A stretch of 64,000 nt of DNA from Zygnema circumcarinatum SAG 698-1b (lineage: Eukaryota; Plantae; Zygnematophyceae), in the NCBI GenBank assembly GCA_037447605.1, contig CM074807.1:2242327-2306326 (forward strand), read 5' to 3'. The translations under genes and the position numbers were made by a program. Below the pieces are notes generated by a model. That model ran no database searches. It saw only the letters and a list, made by a program, of their open reading frames with translations, and was not told the origin of the DNA. Of the stretch, positions 14,501 to 25,355 are shown piece after piece (position 1 is the stretch's first letter; each line of letters begins with the position of its first letter).

Positions 14501-17500
14501 GCACATCTTGCATTCCACGAGAAGAGGTTACCCTGCCTCGTTCTGCAGCACATGGACAGAATCCGAGCTGTCCCGAAGAGAGAAAAAACCTGAAAACCTT
14601 TGAAATCACCGAGCAGTCCACTCCCAGATGGCAGACAGCTTAGTTCTGATATCAAGCTCGAGAGAGATTGATCCTACCTCTACAACATGATCGATGACAA
14701 ACTTATGAAAAGACTGAAACACTTCCGCAAAAAAGGAGACCCTTTCTTTCATGTTACCTCTTCCAACAGAACTCGTTTCCCTATATCGTCATGGGTGGTC
14801 ATGAACCTGCACAGCTCCGCGTGCCCGCACCCACCTGTAAGCAAAAGCTAAAGAAAGTCTGCCGACCTTCAAGTTATCTGGAACGAGTCAATTCCATCAC
14901 TTCCCACATTTTTCTCTAAATCTCGTTTCAGCCATTCAAACACAGAAAGCTCTTTAAAATGCTGTCTCTCCTCCTTCAATAAAACGTAGAAAAGAACTGC
15001 ACCAGCAGAACCCCTTAATGAAAATTGCACATTTGAGCTGCCTGTCGCGAAGGGACTATTTTCTCTTCATTGAAACATGTTACTACATGTTATGTTGTTA
15101 CCGGGCTACTGTTCCTCAGAATCGCCAAACAGGACGACGTTTGCAGTACTCTGCACTATATTCACTTGACTTCATTACTTTATGCTCTATATCCTGTAAG
15201 CAAATCCCCTGCAGGTAGCGGACTCACGGGATGGGGACCCGCCCTTCGCGGCAATTGGCAGGGGCGAGTCGGAGAACAAGAGGGGAAAGCTCTGCCTGCG
15301 ACAACAAACGCAAATGATGATGCCATCTTAGAAGAGTAGTTTATATCATCCTTTGGCAAGGAAGTGAAAAGGTGTAGCTTGACTCTCGTAGACATAAAAC
15401 AAGCAATAGAAGTTATGGAAATGCTGGATGTCTGAGTAGCTGTCACTTTATTGATGCTACGGCGTAGCTTAGGAAGAGTTGGGGCACTTCCAGATAACGC
15501 CACATTCTGATCCACAACACAGAGATGAGATTATCTTTACCTGCACCTCCGCACTTGTGCCGAAAACATGGGAACGATTGAGATTCACCTGCATGCGTCA
15601 ACATCAAGTTAGCATAACCTCACGCGCTCTCAAGCAGCAGCATTGCTAGTACAGCTCAATCCTCAAAGTCCTGGTCCAGCCTCTTGCCAGAGTCGGACAA
15701 GAAAGGGTAGCCAAACTACACCACAAAAACACTGCCATTCATTTCATTAGACATGACCATTAGATTACACCTAACAGACACATTCGAGCCTGCCACGTTG
15801 AATGCCTTATGCCTACCTTTTCACCTAAACAAACATCAACGAGCAGATCCTAGAAAACAAGCATCTGGCAAATGCAAACCGCAGCAAGAGGACGAGGGAG
15901 AGGGAGAGGGAGAGGGAGAGGGAGCTGGTCACCAGAACAAGACGCGCCGCCCCGGCGCTCTCCAGCAGCTGCCAGCGCCCCTCCTCCGCCGCAAACAACC
16001 ACTCGTGCTCACGCCCCTGCATGCATGCATGCATGCCCCCACACAACCACTCTAAGCACCCTGCTTTCCTTCCTTCTCAATAAGGCTAAACCAACCTCCA
16101 AGAACCAACCCCCCTTGGCACTTACTTACTTCCAAAGCCGCATACAAAGCATCATCACCTGCGGCACCAAAAAGACGGCGCACTGATGCGGATGAGGGCC
16201 GCTTCCCGCTTTCGCGTCCAAAATGGTGGCGGAGTAGCGAGGGGATTGGGAGGGGCCCTCCGGAGCCAACTGTACGGCTATAGAGCGGCCCGGACTTAGG
16301 GCAGCAAGATCATCCGGAACACTCGCTGATAAGGGAGACTCGGGAGGGAAGGACCCACTCCTTCGCCTCTCGTTTTCAGCATCCACAACCTCACAAATTG
16401 CTGCCATCTGGACGGAGACAACGATGGCTGAAGTCATGCTTGAGCAGAAGAAAGGTAATATTAGGAAAGGTTGGCAGCTGGAATGATGGCCCAAGTTCTA
16501 CCCTCTCCGTTACAAGCACCTGGTCAGAATCCAAAGCATCACTTGCGAGTCGGCTGAATGAGATAGTGACTGGGGGGACGCTGCCCGAGGGTGGTGCTGC
16601 TATCCGCGTGGAAACCACGAGGAAGGGCTGCAGAGCTGCAGAGCGCTCCCCGGGCAGCATAGGAATGCGATAAATGGCAATTGTCCAGCCGTACCGCAGC
16701 CGCTGCAGCAGCATTTCTGCAAAGCGGATTCAGCCGGGAATTGGCTGTCAAAAACCCACGCTTGGCCATGTCTAGATGAGATGAGGTTGAACTTTTGCTA
16801 GTACACAATGCGACTGGACCGGTGCGTCGTTCGAATCAAAAGCTTGAAAGCGGAACTCGCCCGTAAGCTGCTCTCTACCGGGCGTTGTTTGTACTAACGG
16901 AAGCAGGTTTGGTAAAGGAACCACTTGACATATTAAAGGCTAGAAACTAGAATTTGTAAACAGGGAAGGAATGAACACATTTTTACTCAAGGACTGCAAC
17001 ATGAGGCATCAAGCAACTCCGTTTCAGCCTATTGAACCCAGGAAATGGCAGCTTGCCTCCTTTAGTTTTGCTCCATCTTCCTCACAGACTAAGCCATGGA
17101 CGCACCAAGCACATGCTCCTGCGCCAACGTGATGCAAAGGTATCGTCCGCCCTCCGACCGCAGCACTCGGGCAACCTGCCATGGTGCCCCTACCCGGGTC
17201 GGTCCGCATTTGGAAGAAGAGAAGGGACAGCTGCACACTCACTGCAGACTGGGAACCTACTCCAACTCTGGTTATGTCTGAGTGTATGCTCAAAAGCAAT
17301 CTATACCTAAGTGCAATGATTCAAAAATTCAAAGTTTAGCAAGCAGGGAGTTTTACGACAACAATTGAGTTTTTTTTATTCATTTCTGGTCACATGATGG
17401 ACAGAGTAAGCAAAACATAGTAACAGAACCAACCTCATTGAGCATGCGGTCTCCTGCTGCAGTCGACTCCTCTCCTGGCTCACCCATGAGTGCATCGAGC

Positions 17501-19087
17501 CCTCCTTTATCCATCACTACATCAAAGGTTTCGTTTTTAAACTGCAAATGTAACACAAAAGGGCGTAGTTTCAATCGCATCGCATCTTACAGAAGATTGT
17601 AAGATTGGTGATCAATGATGATGATGCGCTCGGACTCGGACGATGAGCAGTCAAGAGACCTGCAGCAGTTTCTTGATGTCCTAGCAACAACCCTACTACT
17701 CCGCAAGGAGATGACTCAATCGATGCCTGTACTGTCACAAGTTGCAAAATTGCCTCCGATCAATGGAGAACCCTACGGACGGTGTCGATGGCGCCATCGA
17801 TCGACATCAATCGATGTCGATGCCATCAAATGGTAAGCTAAAGGACAAATTTGCCACGGTGCTTGGAAAGAGTGCACCTAAGGAGCAGGACAAACTTGCT
17901 GTAGAGCTATACTACATATATATGATATACAAGGGAATGGACTTGGGCGTTGAACTCACAATGGCAATGCCCTCAAATGTACGTGGACAAAAAACAAAAT
18001 GTAGAACCAAGGGGAACTGATCACAATGACCTAGGAACGAAAGAAAAGCTATGAGCGGAACTCTGATTCTAAGCCTAACAACTCGGCTCTAGAAGCAGAG
18101 CCGCAGAAGCAGCGGCTCTATAGTATAAAGTATATCTACAATACACATATATACAATATACTATACTATACTGTATGATCATACTACTGTTGAATACATA
18201 ATCAGTTCCTCTAGACACAAAAGGATTTTCCTGTGGCTTGCAATTTAGTGAGCATATGAAGGCTAATTTCTTGTGTGATCAAACCCATCTTCATGCTTTG
18301 CTGAGAATGGAGAATGGAGAGAACTCCCAAGCTTCACTTGAATGTACTCGCCTAGGTTCTAAGGCTCATAGGGAAAACGAAAAAGATGTGGCAGTGATCT
18401 CACGAAAGCGATGCCATCAAATGTACATGGACAAAATCAGCACCCATAAGACTTAAAACAAGGTAAAACAAGAAACCTACCATTCTGCATTTGAAATTTT
18501 CAATGTGTGCATTTTGTTGATAAAGCATCATGTTAAAATGGAATTGTTATACCTATGCCTGCATATGATGCTTGAAATCGTTCTGCACCCTGTCGTCTCT
18601 TGGACTCTAACAGCATTTACATGAAGCTGGCTGGAGCTGGAAACTCCGCCATTGGCCATGGCCTTTAGGCAATGCTAGCCGTTGATATTCTCTACTTCGA
18701 GTGGTAATCAGTGGCTGTGTTCGGAGAGCGTACCGTCATCTTTGTGATATCCATGAGGAGCCACCGCATTTGAGGCCGAGCTCGAACATGTTTCTTCAGC
18801 ATTTCCATGATTACAACCCGAGAGAAGTCCACATTTGTGACGCGCACATAGCCAGCGTCATACATGTTTGCAGAAAGCTCGGAGTTACCGCAGCCCACCA
18901 CAAGAATATCATCTTTCTGACTGCACACTTCTGCAAAGATTCTTTGCAATTGAATCCACTCGCCATACCACTCAAAAGGCAGATTTTGCCGCTTCTTGAA
19001 GAATGAATCCCAGTACTCCTTTGATCTAAACTCACTGAGATCTTCAGGGAGCAGATTCATGTTTGAGACATTTTGTGTCCTCGGCAT
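11552..19087 (-). CDS. METTL13: eEF1A lysine and N-terminal methyltransferase (METTL13 family; two SAM-dependent domains)
   Basis: First coding exon FRSKEYWDSFF..PFEWYGEW..ILVVGCGNSELS..VTNVDFS; then FDVVMDKGGLDAL, GGRYLCITLAQEHV, CAVFLVPQGREHEWLF..EG.WQL; second domain LIGLGGGALPMF, VVELDPVVVGLAKRHFGF, LLIVDADS, LALNVVAR, VFDEVYELDVDEDVNRVLFA. Stop at 11554-11552. Confidence 0.92.
17955..18120. repeat. Copy of a dispersed repeat family inside a METTL13 intron
   Basis: 17955-18060 aligns to the reverse complement of ~33385-33495, and 18034-18115 aligns to 32545-32628. A further partial copy lies at 18382-18436. Confidence 0.75.
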
Positions 19088-19306
19088 CTAGATCCGCAGA
19101 ACCTGCAGGTAGACTATAGAGCTTTGTGAAGGAAACCTGAACACCGCCGCCAATGAACAACGCAAAACCAACTTAAGGAGGAGTTATTTGCGGTTTCCGA
19201 CAGGAAAGCAGCTGTTCAAGTGACGACCTTCAAAAAAGTGGAAGCGCAATCAAAATAGAGGACGGCGGAGGCCGTAGTTCGAGAGTCGAACGAACTTCAT
19301 GGTTTC
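19088..19306. promoter_or_regulatory. Bidirectional promoter region METTL13 / POLD2
   Basis: Divergent ATGs at 19087 (-) and 19307 (+), only 219 nt between them. Confidence 0.75.
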
Positions 19307-22300
19307 ATGGCGGCAGACAGCAGCCTCTCTCCGACAGAGGGAAGCCATGGCGAGAATGGACGAATGATAAGCCGCCTCACAGCCAGTTATGTATGCAAGG
19401 TGTTGTGCTATTGCCTAACTTGCAGAATCTTGCTCATTTGCGAGAATAAGCCTACAACTCTTGCATATTTAGCTCCTATCATCATTTGTTTTTTCAGAGG
19501 AAGTTTGCGCTTGCTCAATGAAATTGAAACAATGATTTTTCTCAGCTTTAGCATATGTATCAACCATGTTTCTTGACAGGATGAACGCTTCAAACTTTCT
19601 TTACAGCGGTACAGCCGCCAGCAGTATAGTCAGCTTTACTACATGCGACTCATGATATTACGCTCCATCTTGAAAAAACACTGCGCCGAACGATGGCCGT
19701 CTGTGCCAGGTAGAGACCTTGTGCATGATAAGCCCACTCATGAACTTGAAATTTCAGACAACTCCTCTTTGTCGGAGTTTTTTAATCCCAGTTAATTTGC
19801 TCAAATTTTTCTTGGTGAATGTATTTGTGTTGAGAGAAGAAAATTTGTACACTTGATTTGTTTGGATTGTGCAATTGGTGTTTTATTCGCTGCTGAAATG
19901 ATGGATAAGCCATCTTCATTCTAAGGCGTTGCGAGCTTTAATGCAAGTTCAGCAAGCTGACACCCTGAAAAAAAGCAAGGTCTCGGCCCACACCACTCTT
20001 GCACTCAAATGTTTCTCGCAACTAATAAATTGTATTTACTTGAGTTTTATGTTATGGCCTCTAGCTTATTTGTTTTTAGTTTAGTGCATGGCAAGGCAGA
20101 CTTTTGATGACGACCGCAGTATTTTGCAACACTTATTCTTGTCTCCGTTGCTGCCGAACACACGTATCCCTTGATTCGAGTTGTCTATTTAGCAAGTATT
20201 CCTTCGCATTATTTGGCAAAAGTGCGCTCCACTGCAATACTTCTCCTATCGCTTCTGAATGAGGTTACATAGTCATTAAGGGAGGTGTCATGGTTTTGCA
20301 GTCAGGAGCGTTCTCGAGTTGGTAGAAGCAGAAGATTGTGTCATTATCGGCACGTTGTACAAACAAATGCAACTGAAACCAAACATTTTGGACGAGTATT
20401 CCAAAGAGGTGAGGCAGGACGGCAATGTTTGAAAGTCCTTCATCACATGCCTTTTTAGAGGACGTCTACTTGCATCCTTCACCTTTATTACGACAAATAC
20501 ATACAGGAAAAAAAGGTTAAAATGGAATCCTTGTCAATTTCCCAGGTCGAGATGTTATGTGCGATTGTCGTCACAGATTCTTACGAGTTAATACCGACAA
20601 CATGTGTTTGAATCACAGCGTTTAGGCCCAGCTCCGATCACCCCCCTAAAGCTTGTTTCGCAAGACGATGAGCTCGTTCTGGAAGACGAGGGCGGTCGCG
20701 TTCGCCTTACTGGCAAGGCCGTCAAGCCGGGCTCCTGGATTACAGGTGCAGCCCCCCCCCCTTACATACATTGCCTGCTTTAAGACTACTGCTGGAAAGC
20801 TTGTCTGCGCCATGGATTGGCGTGGAGCATGCTGAGGTAAAGCAGGAGGGTGATGGCGGCGCAGGGGTAGTGATCGCAGCCCGCGGGCAGGAGCAGCGGG
20901 ATGGAGAATTTATTGTTTCAGAGCTGCAGGAGCTTGGCCTGCCTCCACAGGCTCGGATGCCTTCTGTTACCGGGTCAGGTGCGCTTTCCGTCTGCTTTTT
21001 CACTGCCTTTCTGTCCAAAGCTTCTTCTACAGATTTGGGAAATTTGTTGAACTGAGTCCGGCACGTGGATAGCAAGGTGGAGGTAAGAAGGTCGCTTGCT
21101 GCAACGTAGAGCCTGGATTGGCGGTTGTCTGGAAGCGGTCCGAAGTTAATGTAACTCGTCTATTTGGGTGTCTTGCAGGTAAATATGTGGCATTAGTCTC
21201 AGGGCTTGGCCTTGGGGGATCTGTCGCTGATCCCTTGCAGGTTCAGCTTATGGTAGACCTTCTTTCTGGGCATCTTGGCAACCAGCAGGTAACAGATTGT
21301 TTCCAATCACATAATGCCCCATGGTTTCACATGCACGTGATTTTCTGCATGTCTCCCTTGTTGTCTGCTGTGGCTTGAGACCTTCCACGATGGGGCAATG
21401 AAGAGCTGCAGGAGCATCATCTGAGTGCTGGAGTGGTGCGATTGGTTCTGGCAGGTGACTCCACCAGCCTTCCAACACAGACAGACTCAGCAGTCGTGCA
21501 GGTGAAATTCCCCTTTCAGTCAATCAGTAAACCTCGTCTATTTCATAGTGATGCATTCTTCATCTGTCTGACTTAACACCTTTGAGCAATGCGGATTGTG
21601 GCAGGCTGTGAATGCAAAGGAGGCGAGGGATTCGGTTCGGGAGCTTGACCTGGCCCTTGTACAGGTGATGCTGCACGATTAAAGAACGAGAGAACTGTAG
21701 TAGAGAGTGAGCTGCTGGTGAACAAGCATATCGTATTGAGGATGGAGCTGACTCGTCTCCATTTGGGGAATTCTTGCAGCTTGCGTCGGCTCTGCCAGTG
21801 GACATCATGCCGGGTCCAACGGATCCATCAAACTTTGCTCTTCCTCAGCAGGTGGGATCTGCTATTGTTTGCTCTTGAGTATCATGCAAGAATCTGTCTT
21901 ATCCAATCAATCGCTCAATCAATCAATCAATCAATCAATTAATCAATAAATCAACGGAGATTGTTTCCTTTCCATGCACACATAGGTCCCACCTCTGCCA
22001 CCATAGCAGTATATATGGTATTACATTGCGTGTAACAGGACTATCATCCAGTCAAATATAGTGCTGACTCTCCCTTAGAGAGCCTGCGCATGCGCTTGCA
22101 GGCTCATTGTTTCTCTCTCTCTCTCTCTCTTCTGACCTCTGCTCTGCCCTGCTCTGTGTCGGTCCATGCCCAGCCGCTGCACAGCTGTCTGCTACCCGGC
22201 GCCCGCCAGCTCAGCACCCTCCTGTGTGCGACCAATCCGCATCTGTTTGAGGTGGACGGCGCTTTGTGAGTCACTCTCACTTCCTTCCGCTGTCGGTTTC

Positions 22301-23598
22301 ACTTACACATGAACAAACTTGCTCGCCGGTTTACAGTCTGTTAGTATTAAACTAAAGGCAACGCTTTGCATGCTTGTTTCTAAGGCTGCCTGACAGGCTG
22401 ATCCAGTCTGCAAGAAAGTGCAGGAAGGTGTTGCTGTTTTGCCGCTCTCTGCTTGCGTAAGTAGAATGACAGACCTGTTCAGGATGGTCTTACAGGTTTT
22501 TGGGATCGTCCGGTCAAAATGTCGATGATCTGCGGCGCTATATGGAGGTGGATGATGGGTTGGACCTTTTGGAACTCACCCTCCGGTGGCAGCACATGGC
22601 ACCCAGCGCCCCCGATACTCTCAGTATGCTCACTTTTAAGCCCTTCCTAAGGGATTGCAAACGCTTCTTGGGAAGTTATACATGCTAATAGTACGACGTG
22701 TTTGATGTCGGTGGCAGTTGCAGTTCTGGAATAGGAAGTGATGGTTTCTGGACGAACGTCTCCTTGTTTTTGCAGGTTGCTATCCGTATGTGGACTCAGA
22801 TCCTTTCATTGTGGACTCTTGTCCCCATGTGTACTTCTGTGGAAACCAGCCTCAGTTTTCTACTCGCCTTCTCAAAGGTGCCGCTTTCCTTCCCATGGCC
22901 ACTAATTATTCGTCTGTTCATAAGCACCGAGTGATCTTGCTGTTCTGCCGTTTGGAAAGTTCGCCTCTCTTGGCATGAACATCCTTTTACCGGATGAGGC
23001 ATTAGCTCATCACAAGAAGCCTACAAGAGCATCTTTTTGTCACTCAATACGCTATGAATGCAGCGTGATTGTGGTTGTTGTTGTTGTTGTTGTTGCGCCT
23101 TCATCGCTCTCTGTCCGCTCCGTCTGCTGTTGCAGGGCCTGCAGGGCAGCAGGTCCGCCTCGTGTGCATTCCGCGCTTTGGGGAAACGGGGCAGGCCATT
23201 TTGGTGAGCACTTGCGCGAATTGCGGCAGTGGGTGGAAGGGCACCCCTTTGTGAAACAGGAATTCGTTTGATGGATGACCCGCTTTGTTACGCTTGCATG
23301 CACTGATTCTGCTATAGAGGACGGAACAATGATGCAGAGTACTTTATGCTCGTTTACTCAGTATGTGAGAGGGAGTTGTCTTTTTGCTCATGCCGATTGC
23401 CAACCGTGCAGATGACAACGCCTCAGCCACCATTCTTGGATGTGTAGATTTGAGAGGGGTAGAGTATTGATTGTGTCCTTCTTTCTGCTTTTGCACCTCT
23501 GAGCGGAGGAAGGCGAGCGTGGTCTCCTCCTGCAGGTGGAGCTCGGGTCGTTGGACTGCCACGTTCTTCAGTTTTCCACATCTGCCCTCCATGCGTAA
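19307..23598 (+). CDS. POLD2: DNA polymerase delta small (B) subunit
   Basis: Exons give RQQYSQLYYMRL, DCVIIGTLYKQMQLKPNILDEYSKE, LVLEDEGGRV, KYVALVSGL, LQVQLMVDLLSGHLG, VDIMPGPTDPSNFALPQQ, FLGSSGQNVDDL, LRWQHMAPSAPDTL, DPFIVDSCPHVYFCGNQ, VRLVCIPRF. The last exon 23536-23598 is VELGSLDCHVLQFSTSALHA*. Confidence 0.95.
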
Positions 23599-24119
23599 CT
23601 GGGGAGAATCGACATAGGGATGGATGCACGCTAGGGCAAAACAGTCTCTCTCTGATAACTGGATATGCGATACGAAAAGGGTATAGGTAGATAGGTAGAA
23701 AGGCAAAAGCCCCCCTGGAAGGGAAGGAAATTTTGTTCAGCATTTCCCTCAGGATTTCGCAGCCCCACGGGCAGAATGCAACTCCTCTAATAAATGGAGC
23801 ACCGCTTGCAACTTTTGTCCTACCTTGCAACCTCCCCGCCCTGACGGTCGTCTGCAAGCATGCAGCATCATAATGGACCAACCGTTGGTCGATGCTGCTT
23901 GTCCGATGGCAGCAAGCCCCGCCCTTGAGTTGGTGCTCAAGCGGCTTTTGTGCCTCGTCCCTTCCTTCCCAAGCAGGCGGTCCCGCCGCCCGCCGCCCGC
24001 CGCCCGTCCGGCGGGGAGGGAGGAAGAAAGGCAGGAACGGTCCGCTCGTGATTGGAGGGGCCAAAAAGAAAAGGCGGAGGCCAGGCAGCGGTAACCAATG
24101 CCAACCCGCCACCTGGCAT

Positions 24120-24400
24120 CCACGTGGCATGTCTTGAACCCTATGATTTCTCAAAACATTTGCCACGTCAGCAATTCATCCTGCCACGTGCACAGACACT
24201 CCCCACTTGGGCCAAAGAATGCCCTTTGCAGAATCTTGGACAGATTCCATGCCACGTGGCGGCGCCTCATCCGCAAAAAAGTTTTGGCGTTTGCGCTCAC
24301 CAGTCGTGATGCTCTGCCGCCGGTGGATGACGTAAGCACGACGTCAAGTATATCCATTAGTCAACGTCATCGTGGCGCCAGCGTGGCGTCAACGACGTCA
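24120..24400. promoter_or_regulatory. ACGT-core (G-box/C-box) cluster upstream of transketolase
   Basis: ACGT cores at 24122, 24165, 24186, 24254, 24330, 24341, 24364 and 24395, including a perfect GCCACGTGGC. Confidence 0.5.
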
Positions 24401-25355
24401 CAATCCACGCGCAGGAGCAGGGGAGGGTTTTCCAGAAATGGATATTCGTGATAAAGTCACGAGTATTCTCGTGACATTGTTAGGGTATTGACTATATCAA
24501 GAGTCCCTATCTTTATGGAAATTCCTGCGTGGCGGTTCCCCATTGGTCGATTTCTGGAACTCTTCATCCGGCCGCAAAAATCCACCGACAGCATCTTTCA
24601 AGCGGCGGAACTTTGGCGGGGGACGGCGAATGTCCGGTTCGGCGCCACCGTGGCGCCCGTCATCCTCCCGCAAGTGCAAAATGTCGGTGGGGCAGAATCT
24701 GACCGTTCGGACTCGATCGGTACCGTTCGATCCTGACCCCTTTTTTTTTTTCTTTTTTCCTTGCCGTTGGCCCCGAAAAACCCGGGGTTTGTTGACCTTA
24801 CCGCGGGAAGCACAGGGGTTTAATAACTCGAACTTAGGTTTTTCCTGGCTGCCCTTTTGATCAGAACGGGGAAAAAAAAAAGTGCGCGCGACGTGAACCC
24901 GTCCCCACGTTAAATTAATGACGTCTTACAAGCGTCAACACGCTCCCAAAATCCCATTTTCTCGCCCCTCGAACCAGAAACTGCCGCCGTCGGTTTGCAA
25001 CCAGTTTCCCCCGCGCGGTTTGCTGCCAGGCGCGACCCGACCCGACCGCCCCCAGTCCGTCCGTCCGTCCGTCCGTGGGCCCCCCCCCGCCTTTGGGTCC
25101 CCAAAGCCCCATTTGCACCCGCGGCGGGTGGCGCTTTATCCGAAATAAATGATCGTGTCGCCGCGCGCGGCCCTCGGGGGCTCTCGGCCAATCGCGCGGC
25201 CGCGAACGGGCACCACAAGAAGTCCGAGCGGAGGCTTATCAGGGCCCGCGCCCTCCGCTGCCGCTCATCGCTCTCTCCCTCTCTCTCTCTCCCTCCCTTT
25301 CGCCCTCCCTCTTGCAAGAGGAGCAGATCAGCAGATCAGCAGATCAGCAGCAGCA

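Noticed and set aside
17615-17836. ORF MMMMRSDSDDEQ.. as a PIF/Harbinger transposase fragment, or ATGATGA as a snoRNA box C
   Set aside because: No DDE motifs are recognisable, there is no box D at a suitable distance, and it is antisense to the host intron.
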